A DNA stretch of 64,000 bases from Gracilinanus agilis (Eukaryota), in assembly GCF_016433145.1 (NCBI RefSeq), contig NC_058132.1, forward strand, positions 679,270,683 to 679,334,682, read 5' to 3'. The notes below the pieces were generated by a model. It was not told the DNA's origin and made no database searches. It saw nothing but the letters and a program-made list of their open reading frames with translations. The first letter of the stretch is position 1, and each line of letters starts with the position of its first letter. The translations under genes were made by a program, and so were the position numbers. Shown one piece after another: positions 55,801 through 64,000 of this stretch.

Positions 55801-56368
55801 GATGTTCTGTCTTAACTTGGGTGCTCCAGATAGAGAGCTAGTATAGGCTTAGGGTGACCTAGTTAAGGAGAAAGATGAATGTCTTTGATCTAGATCGTTG
55901 GGTAGGAAGACTAACATCCAATGTGACGCTATGGAGATGGCCATTATCACAGCGAAAGTGGCGGCTGGTGGCCTTAATGGCCAGAGGAAGGAATGGGTTA
56001 GAGATGGTTTGACATAGTTGATGGTTACCTGGATGAGCAGAAGACAAGTTAAAAATGACTCTGATTTCGTGTATGGGGCACTCTACAATTCATGCGTGTG
56101 TGCAGCTGTCTTGGAGAGAATCGATTAGTTTTCATTTGTGTAAGACTGGCTAACCAGTTGTACTTTGTGATGGAAGGAATTGTTTACACTTGTAATGGGA
56201 GGCCTCTTGGTGCTCAAAGTCTAACTTGAGGTTTGTGTTTCTTACAGGTTAAAGTATCAACAGACAGACAGACTTATGCGAGAAAGAGGGGATGGACCGT
56301 GGTTTCATTATCCAACTGTTGATAAAGCACTTATCGATCACGATCCAAAAGCATCACCTGACTATTAA
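37704..56368 (+). CDS. NDUFB5: NADH:ubiquinone oxidoreductase subunit B5 (SGDH), complete, 195 aa
   Basis: 6 exons with consistent phases: 37704-37845, 42792-42880, 45664-45730, 49752-49813, 51504-51610, 56248-56368 (588 nt). Translation includes MAAMSLL..., [83 protein letters not shown] and RGDGPWF. Confidence 0.97.
40139..40497. mobile_element. Probable solo LTR (359 bp) inserted into a SINE
   Basis: TGTTA...TAACA termini; splits a minus-strand SINE at gtcacacag|ctaggaag; imperfect TSD cacag / ca(a)cag. Confidence 0.65.
41333..41677. mobile_element. hAT MITE family B (345 bp), hAT1-like ends
   Basis: Ends cagtggtgggcaacct / aggtttgccatcactg; TSD GCCTAGAC/GTCTAGAC. The family name comes from recall only. 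Confidence 0.88.
42425..42627. mobile_element. hAT MITE family C (203 bp), possibly OposCharlie1-related
   Basis: Perfect 16-bp TIRs cagtgatggacaaact / agtttgtccatcactg; perfect TSD TACTAAGG. Confidence 0.92.
42792..42880 (+). CDS. NDUFB5: NDUFB5 exon 2
   Basis: tccag|CCCCAG...TTGTTG|gtaagt; (A)[29 protein letters not shown]. Confidence 0.97.
43521..43722 (-). mobile_element. SINE1_Mdo-like SINE
   Basis: 14-bp TSD aaagatcacattta; an opposite-orientation SINE follows at 43805-43978. Confidence 0.9.
44019..44075 (+). repeat. 26-bp tandem duplication
   Basis: tttaagagaaacaatatacta(g/a)taga twice, then tttaa. Confidence 0.9.
45664..45730 (+). CDS. NDUFB5: NDUFB5 exon 3 (transmembrane helix)
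   Basis: tgcag|AGATTT...CATTG|gtaagc; [22 protein letters not shown](G). Confidence 0.97.
46294..46508 (-). mobile_element. SINE1_Mdo-like SINE
   Basis: TSD ccaaatttct (46284-46293, 46509-46518); other minus copies at ~40669-40853, 46005-46209 and 47990-48157. Confidence 0.88.
46519..47132. repeat. 90-bp inverted repeat with 434-bp spacer
   Basis: 46519-46608 vs reverse complement of 47043-47132: 83/90 identical, ungapped. Confidence 0.95.
49752..49813 (+). CDS. NDUFB5: NDUFB5 exon 4
   Basis: cctag|GCGAAG...TACAAG|gttggt; [20 protein letters not shown]. Confidence 0.97.
49939..49960 (+). repeat. (TCTG)5 microsatellite
   Basis: tctgtctgtctgtctgtctgtc. Confidence 0.9.
50540..50820 (+). mobile_element. 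Old LINE-1 3' fragment (boundaries approximate)
   Basis: Diverged L1 ORF2-end motifs (gtagcaagaactggaaa...aatattactgtgctctaagaaatg). Confidence 0.55.
51504..51610 (+). CDS. NDUFB5: NDUFB5 exon 5
   Basis: catag|CACCCT...CTGAG|gtgaac; [35 protein letters not shown](R). Confidence 0.96.
51738..51933. mobile_element. hAT MITE family C, second copy in opposite orientation (196 bp)
   Basis: Ends cagtgatggataaact / agtttgcccatcactg; interior is the reverse complement of 42425-42627; TSD GATTAGAC/GACTAGAC. Confidence 0.9.
51970..52134. mobile_element. hAT MITE family D (165 bp)
   Basis: Ends caggggtcggc / gccgacccctg; TSD CTATAGTG/CTCTAGTG. Confidence 0.88.
52541..52730 (-). mobile_element. SINE1_Mdo-like SINE (short-tail subfamily)
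   Basis: TSD ctagcaacac(tttt). The same subfamily occurs at 55498-55694 (TSD ggggtagtaaagtgta) and 40669-40853. Confidence 0.9.
54040..56060 (-). mobile_element. Ancient LINE-2 (other pieces ~3535-4930, 15840-17000, 25540-26450, 32480-33110, 48170-49000; boundaries approximate)
   Basis: Reverse-complement L2 3' end (ttagtacttatgcgccag...ccctgccctcaaagagctta) followed by purine-rich diverged body. Confidence 0.7.
56248..56368 (+). CDS. NDUFB5: NDUFB5 exon 6 (coding part)
   Basis: tacag|GTTAAAG...TATTAA; [39 protein letters not shown]. Confidence 0.96.
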
Positions 56369-56449
56369 GCTATTGATTCTACCTATCTGAAGTGCACTCT
56401 CTTTAGTGGAGGTAAAATGAAGAAATGCATACTGTATTGTTGTTCTTTG

Positions 56450-56455
56450 AATAAA
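56450..56455 (+). terminator. Probable NDUFB5 polyadenylation signal AATAAA
   Basis: First AATAAA after the stop codon, 81 nt downstream. Confidence 0.75.
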
Positions 56456-57789
56456 ACAGCCATTTATTTCCCTTTTGGTCTTGTATTTAGTTCTTGGTGT
56501 AGTCTGAGAATATCTTTTGTCATGAAGGGCTTCCTTTTTTTAAGAAGGACGTGAATATGGCAATTAAAATTAGATGAGATCAAGGTTTGGGAACTGGTAA
56601 AGGATAGTATAGTAGGACCCCATTTTGGGAGATTACCTTCCAAGATCCACCACAGCCCCAAGGTCTTCCCCCCCCCCCCAAAAAAAAAAACATACCTTAA
56701 AAAGGTGAAAATGAAAGCAGAAGAGACACGGAGGGTGGGGAAGCCAACTTCTGGAGCTTCCTGCTCTGGGGGGGAGGGGTACCCGGAAGGGGGTGGTGTT
56801 TGACTGTTTAACCGAAACATTGAAGAACTCAGATAAGGCTGGGTCTTCCTCAGTATACCCAGTAAATGAAACTTGTGGACAGGAAATATAACTATCAGAA
56901 ATGTCTTGTATACCTGAGCATGTAGAATACAGGCATCCGGGTTCATCACTGGTAACTCATCCATTTCAGTTTGCATTGTGATTTCTAACCTGGATTACGT
57001 AAAAGAGCCTTAATAAATCAGGATGAATTAGTGGAGGAAAGAAAAATGAAAAAAAAAATGAAGAACTTCAGCATACAAGTTATTAAAAGGGCGTGGCAGT
57101 TTTCTGAAGGCGGTCCAGCCCGCTCCTGCCTCTGGGCTCGTTTGCCCTCTTGGCTCCAGGGATACATACTTTGGACAGACTTGTCTCCAACTGGACGCTG
57201 CAGTGAACTCTGCTGATCTCTGCGCTGTGTGAATCATCAGGCCAAGCTCTTGGTTACTGATGTGGGGCTTCATGCAACCGGCATGGTGTTATCCACTGAC
57301 AGGAGCATCGGGGGACCTCACCATCCACGGAGAAATCTCCCCTCGACCCTGGCTCCGAGTCAGAATCCTCCATAAGTGAGGCAGCCACTAGTGCCTCCCC
57401 TCTGAGGTTACCTCCGTACGGCCCTGGGTGTGTACTTGTTGTCTTCCCTACCAGAATGTCAGCTCCTTGAGGACTGGGCTCGTGTCCCCAGCACAGACTA
57501 AGTGCTTTGGAAACACTCCTTGGTTGATTAAAATGCCTCCCTGTTTTACATGCTTATAGTTGTTACAACTTACACATACTGCTGGATGGCAGCTAGGTGG
57601 TGCAGTGGATTGACTGTTGGACCTGGAGTCAGGAAGACCAGAGTGCAAACATAGCCTCAGACTCTTTAATGATTGTGTGACCTTGAGCAAGTCATTTAAC
57701 CTTTGCCTGAGTTTCTTCCTCTGTAAAATGAGAATAGTAATAGCATCCACTTTTCAAGGTGGTTGTGATAATGTTTGTAAAGTGCTACA

Positions 57790-57930
57790 TAAATGCTAAA
57801 TATTTCTATGAATGGACCTTATTGAAAGTTTTTAAGGCAAGATTTTTCCAAATCAAAAACCTTTTCATAATCTGCAAATATCAAACACAATGGAGCCTTG
57901 TATTCTCTGCATCTTTCAGGGAATTGTGCA
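57790..57930 (-). mobile_element. RTE-clade LINE reverse-transcriptase fragment
   Basis: ORF 57819..58049(-) contains ERCREYKAPLCLIFADYEKVFD, the RTE RT motif (F-x-D-Y-x-K-A-F-D). Diverged RTE 3'-end-like pieces also occur at ~31840-32060 and ~49240-49450. Confidence 0.75.
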
Positions 57931-58878
57931 GTGGTAAAGATGTGACCATTGTAGAATGATATTTGCAAAATTCCGTTTCCTACAACATGGGCGTTTTTCA
58001 AAAAAGCATTGTGTTCATACATTAATAATAATTGTTTATTGTAAGCCAAAAGGAAGTGGCTTTGAAAATGTTTTGTCTACATTTTAGCTTTTTAAGACTG
58101 AAATTTAATTACATAAAGATGTGAGCTATTTGAATTGTCACCTGAAGTAACAATTAAGATCTGTATGGACTGATTTTCCTTCAGTATAAGGAAGGAATTT
58201 CAAACCATGTGAGTGGACCAAAAAGGCACTGGGCTGCCAGGAGAGAGTACCAGAACCATAGCCTGAGAGTTGGAAGTGACATCTCATGCCTCTTGGGGAG
58301 TGCCTTCTACAAAATCTTACGTAAAAATCTTACATAAGTCATTCAGTTTGGACCTGAAGACCTCAACTGAGGGAAGAACTCTTGTAAAGTAGTTCATTTT
58401 ATCTTGCGATGAACCTGTGCAGGAGCTCTACTATCTGTTTTTGTTCTTTCTGGTCCAAAGACTGTTCTCCTTGGTAGGGAAAAAAAAAAACCAAAACAAC
58501 AAAGATCTCTTCAGCTTCTATCATTGATAGAGGAGTTACTTTATATTCATTTTGTATATAATCTCTCTATATAATATGTATACATATAGTCTACTCCACT
58601 GGAGTGTTAATTCCTTGAGGGCAGGGAATATTTCACCTTCCTTCTTAGTGACTTTTGCATTTATATTGTTATTATCATTGTTTATGTCTAATTCTGATTT
58701 CCCTCCTCCGTTAGTTTATACAATTCTTCCCATGTTTTTCATTCATCATTTATTATTGTATAATGTGTGACATTCATTACTATAATTTCTTCACTAGGCA
58801 CCCTCTGTTCCCATTTCTCTGCTTCCACAAACAGTATTTTGGTCTACTTTGGACCTTTGTTTCTGCCTTTGCAACTGT

Positions 58879-61523
58879 CCATTTTGTAATATAGTTTGAG
58901 ATTTAATACTGCTAAGCTACCTTCCTTCACATTTTGTTTTCATTTATTCTTTTGATATTCTTGGTCTTTTGTTCTTCTGGATAAATTTTTTTCTAGTTTT
59001 ATAAGTAATTATTGGCAACTTGGTATGACCCTGAATAATAGGAAGATCTATCATTTTTATTATATTGGCTTGGCCTACACATAAGCAATGAACAATTTTC
59101 AAATTGCTTAGATCCGACTTTGTGTGCAGTGTTTTATAATTGTGCTTGTGTATTTCCTGGATTTGTCTTGGCAGTCAGACTCCCAAGTATTTTATTTTTG
59201 TCTGTATCTATTTTCATTAGAATTCCTCTTTGTATATGTTCCTATTGAGCTTTGTTGGTAATATTTGGAAATGTTGATGATTTATGTGGGTAAATTTGCT
59301 GAAGTTGTTATTTCAACTATTTAGCTATTCTCTAGAATTCTCTAAGTATAACATCATATTGTCTGCAAAGTTTTATTTCTTCATTCATTGCCTATTCTGA
59401 TTCCTTCAATTTCTTTTTCTAGTCTGATTGCTATAGCTGGCATTTCTAGAACAATATTCTAGTAGTAGTGATAATGGGGTTTCTTGCTTCACCTTTGACC
59501 TTATTGGAAAATATTCTAGTTTCTTCCCATTACAGATGCTAGCTGATGGTTTTAGATAGATGCTACTTGTCACTTTAAGGAAAATTCCATTTGTTCCTAA
59601 GTTTTCTAGTGGTTTTAATAGGAATGAGTGTTATGTTTTGTCAAAAACAACATCTGTTGAGATAATACTATTGTTATTGGTTTTCCTACTGACATGATCA
59701 GCTATGCTGACAGTTTTCCTAATCTGGAACCAGTCCTGCATTCCTGGTATAAGTCTCTCCTGGTCATAGTGCATGATCTTTGTGATATATTACTGTAATT
59801 TCCTTGCCATTGCTTTATCTTAAAAGTTTGCAGCAATATTCATTAGGGAAACTGGACTATAGTTTTCTTTCTTTGTTTTTTCTCTTCCTGATTTTGGTAT
59901 CAAGCATTGCATTTGTGTTGTAAAAGAAATTTAGTAAGACTCCTTCTTTGCCTATTTTTCTGCATAATTTATGTAGTACTGGAATTATTCTTTAAGCAGA
60001 ATTATCTGTGCCTTTTCTTTTTTTTTAATTTATTACCAATTACATGTGAAGGAAGGTGGCTTAGCAGTATTAAATCTCAAACTGTATTACAAAATGGTAG
60101 TCATCAAAACAATCTGGTACTGGCTAAGAATTAGAATGGTGTCAGTGGAATAGATTAGGTACAGAATACACAGCAAATGACTATAGTAATCTAGTGTTTG
60201 ACAAACACTAAGATTTTAGAACTCACTATTTGACAAAAATTGCTGGAAAAACTGGAAAGCAGTTTGGCAGAAACTAATTATAGACCAACATCTCCATATA
60301 TCAAGATACGGTCAAATTGGATCAAACTTTAGACATAAAGGATGATATCATAAGCAACTATGGGGACCATGGACTATTTTGCCTATCAGATTTATGGATA
60401 AGGGAAGAATTTATGACCAGACAAGAGATAGAGAGCATTATGAGATGTAAAATGGATAAATTTGATTATGTCAAAAGGTTTTTGGTTAAATAAAACCAAT
60501 GCAGCCAAGATTAGAAGGAAAGCAGAAAATTGGGGAAAACAGTTTTATAGTTAAGTTTCTCTGATGAAGGCTTATTTACATAAAGAACTTATTTCTCAAT
60601 TACATAAAGAACTAAGTGAGATTTATAAGAATATGAGTCATTTCCAAGTTGATAAATGGTTAAAGGATAGGAACCGGCAGTTTTCAGATGAAGAAATCAA
60701 AGCTATCTGCAGTCCTATAAAATTTTTCTAAATCACTGTTGAGAAGAGAAATGCAGATTAAACGACTCTGAGGTACCACCTCACACCTAGAAAAAAAACA
60801 GTAAGTGACAAATTTTGGAGGGGATGTGGAAAAACAAGGGTACTAATTCACTGTTGGTGGAATTGTGAACTAATCCAACCATTCTGGAGAGCAATTTAGA
60901 ACTATGCCCAAAGGGCTATAAAATTGTGCCTACCATTTGACCCAGCAATACTACTACTAGGTGATTACCCCAAAGAGATAAAAGGAAAAGGACCTATATG
61001 TACAAAAATATTTGTAGCAGGGGGCAGCTGGGTAGGTAGCTCAGTGGATTGAGAGCCAGGCCTAAAGAAGGGAGGTCCTAGGTTCAAATCTGGCCTCAGC
61101 CATTTCCCAGCTGTGTGATCCTGGGCAAGTCACTTTACCGCCATTGCCCAGCCCTTACCACTATTCTGCCTTGGAGCCAATACACAGTATTGACTCTAAG
61201 ATGGAAGGTAAGGGTTTATTAAAAAAAATTGTAGCAGCTTTTTTTTGTAATGGCAAAGAATTGGAAGTGGATAGTATGGCCCTCAATTGGGAGATGGTAG
61301 AACAAATTGTGGTATATGATTGTGATGGAGTGCTGTTGTGCTCTAAGAAGTGACAAGCAAGATGTTTTGAGAAAAAAATTAGGAAGGCATATGAACTAGT
61401 GCAAAGCAAAGTAGAATCAGGAGAACATAGTACACAGTAACAATATTGTATGAATGACTGTGAATAACTTAGCTATTCCCAGCAATACAATGATCCAAGA
61501 CAATTCTAAAGGACTTTATGATG
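58879..61523. mobile_element. Degenerate LINE-1 with inverted 5' part (minus ~58879-60005, plus 60044-61523)
   Basis: The RT-region sequence lies on minus and the ORF2 3' half on plus (ORF 61144: AAFFCNGKEL...EMVEQIVVY); a SINE interrupts it at 61021-61228. Confidence 0.82.
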
Positions 61524-62689
61524 TGACATTCCCCTCTCTAGGTCTCAGTTTTTTTCATCTGTGAAATGAAGGGGGTAGGATTGGTCACCTCAGAAGACCA
61601 ACTTCATTTTACAGATTAGGAAATGGAGGCTCAGGGAAGTTACATGACTTGTCCAAGTTCTCCAGTTCCAAGATTCCTTCTAGGTTTTCCCTCTGTATAA
61701 GGGTCATTGGGTTGCAGGGACTATAAAGGAAGAAAGGTTATTGAGGGATATTGTCAGTAAAATACTTTGGAAGCTGTTGATGGAGAATGAAGAGCAGTAC
61801 TTCTTATCTCCCTCTTGGCTCTGAGAAGAAACACCTGAGGTTCTAGTTGTGTGTGTTTGCATAAATAGTTAGCAAAAATTAAAATGGCAACCAATTTATA
61901 ATCTTTGTAAGAAAGAAAGGCAGGTGAAGGACAAAGACTTTAGCACATCTTGTTGCTCAAATCAAAGTTGTTTTTTTTCCAAAGGATGATTATGATTCCT
62001 CATTTTTCTTTAAGTAAAGAGAGAAAGAGAATACTTCACATAATGCCCAGGAGCTTGAGTTAGGCATTAGCTTTCTATTAACCATTTCCCCCTACCCTTT
62101 CCAGTCCAAAGATTGTTTGCCCTGGCAGGAAAAAAAATCCAAAAACAAAATATGATCAGCTGATTCCTCTCACTTCAGCTGATATATTAGTTACTTGATA
62201 ACTAAGTCCCCATTGATGGGGACTAAGATGGACTGAAAAGTTGCTAGGATACTTAAGATGTTGAAAGAAGTCATTTACATGTAAATGGTTACTAAGCACG
62301 TTTAGTGCATCCTACTGATGTTCAGTGTTGTTTTTAATAAAGCGTTTGATTAAAAAATGAAATGAGAGGGCTGGAGTAGATTCCTTCCAGCACTAAATCT
62401 GTGATCCTATAGTCTTCTTTCCTACATGTTCATCCCAACAGGCAATTGTCTATCTTGTTTAAAGACCTCTAGGAAGAGCAAACCCAGTAGATGGCTCTGA
62501 TTCTTACTACCTCTGTAACTTGGGTCAAACTGCTTAACCTCTGGGTCTTAATCCATCTAGAAAATGATGGGATTAGACTCTCTGACCTATTAAAGATCTC
62601 TCTGGTTCGAAAATCTGTGATCCTACAATCCCAGTTTATCGTGCATCAGGTCCTTTGTCAATGATAATGTGTTAGTTACATAAATATGA

Positions 62690-62990
62690 GCCAGTGGTTC
62701 TGCCTTAGAATCAATATGTAGTATTGATTCTTTAAAAAAAAAACAAAAAACCTTATCTTCTGCCTTAAAATCAATACTATGTATTCGTTCCAAGGCAGAA
62801 GAGTGGTAAGGGCTAGGCAATGAGGGTTAAGTGACTTGCCAGGGTGGCACAGCTAGGAAGTGTCTGAGGTCAAATTTGAACCCAGGACCTCCCATCCCTA
62901 GGCCTGGCTCTCTATCCACTGAGCTACCCAGCTGCTCCCCTGTAGTATTGATTTTAAGACAGAAGGTAAGCATTTTTTTAAAAAGACACA
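62690..62990. mobile_element. Nested SINEs: full minus copy (62730-62940) inside a plus-strand SINE tail
   Basis: TSD tgtagtattgatt (62717-62729, 62941-62953). Confidence 0.85.
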
Positions 62991-64000
62991 GGTAAAGTAA
63001 AAGAAGGAAATAAGCACTTATTAAAAATACTGTGTGCCAGGCACTATGCTAAATACTTTATAATTATTATCTCAATTGATTCTCATAACAATCCTGCAAG
63101 GTAGATACTATTATTATCCCCATTTTACAGCTGAGGAAACTGAAGGTGGTAGCCAAATGAAGCTCATTTGTTTGCAGAAACCACAGCTGTACTCTTTACA
63201 TATTCATTCACTTAAATAATGTATTTGAAGCTGAAAGGGCTGTCTCAGGAGAGGCAGATAAAGGTTAAATGATTTGCAGCCATACAGCTATTAAATGTCA
63301 AAGGCAGAGTTTGAACTCAGGTCTTTCTGACTCCAGACCCAGCGCTGTTATTCACTGTGCCACCTAGGAGAAGAAGGAGAGCAATAGGATCTCTTTTTTG
63401 GGTGGGATGATAGTATGGTGTTCCCTGCATTAAGAATCTCAAGGGTTGCTGAAATGTGAATCCTTTTTCTTGGAGTCGAGTCCACCATTGCCACCCTGGT
63501 TTTCTCATGGAAAGGGGGCTGGACCAGTTATGGGCATCTTCCTTAGTTTGACAATCTCATGAGCCCTTCTTAGTCTTCTTAGCCACTCGCTTTCCTCCTG
63601 AGCTACACAAGAGAATGGATATACATCCATATCTCATAGAGCTTCTTGAGGAGCTTATTCTTGTCCTCATAGCTTCAGTGCCTGTCGCATAAAAGACACT
63701 TAATAAATGTTTTCCGACTCACAGAATCATAGATTTAGAGCTAGAAAAATCCTTAGAGGTCATGGAATCCAATCTCCGCATTTTACAAATGGGTAAACCG
63801 AGGCACAGAGCATAAATGACTTGTTCAAGACCATACAGTAAGTCTGTGAGGTAGATTTTGAATCCAGATCTTCTTGATTCCAGGTTCACTTCCCTGTCCA
63901 CTAGGATACATTGCCTACTTTCATTGATTTGATTCTCAACCGAATAGAAATCCCGCAGCTTTTTGGGAGAGTACTTTGCTAAGTCTAGAAAGACTCATCA

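Noticed and set aside
56464-56976. 170-aa minus-strand ORF downstream of NDUFB5
   Set aside because: No recognisable domain; it crosses poly-A/poly-C runs; no promoter or splice support.

Overview
This is a eukaryotic window from a marsupial, most likely a didelphid opossum such as Monodelphis. That call is inferred from SINE1_Mdo-like, MAR1, MIR, L2, RTE and L1 repeats and from young hAT MITEs. It holds the conserved ACTL6A(+) / MRPL47(-) / NDUFB5(+) cluster. ACTL6A exons 2-14 are present (exon 1 lies upstream of the window); MRPL47 (7 exons, 248 aa) and NDUFB5 (6 exons, 195 aa) are complete, with every exon phase checked by hand. ACTL6A and MRPL47 are tail-to-tail; MRPL47 and NDUFB5 share a 314-bp CpG-island bidirectional promoter. 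ACTL6A intron 5 is a U12-type (minor) intron, and introns 3 and 9 look like possible U12 relics. The rest is introns and intergenic DNA full of transposable elements. I found no CRISPR array, tRNA, rRNA or autonomous transposon, and nothing I can honestly call a new biological system. The most unusual signals are local templated duplications: a 90-bp inverted repeat in NDUFB5 intron 3, a ~510-bp copy of ACTL6A intron 3 sequence inside an L2 in intron 2, a 54-bp inverted duplication at the breakpoints of an inverted L1, and a 27-bp inverted pair. Also notable are four distinct young-looking hAT MITE families, a uORF ending 2 nt before the MRPL47 start, and a possible NMD-escaping alternative donor in MRPL47. 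Family names and comparisons to human are recalled, not from a database search.
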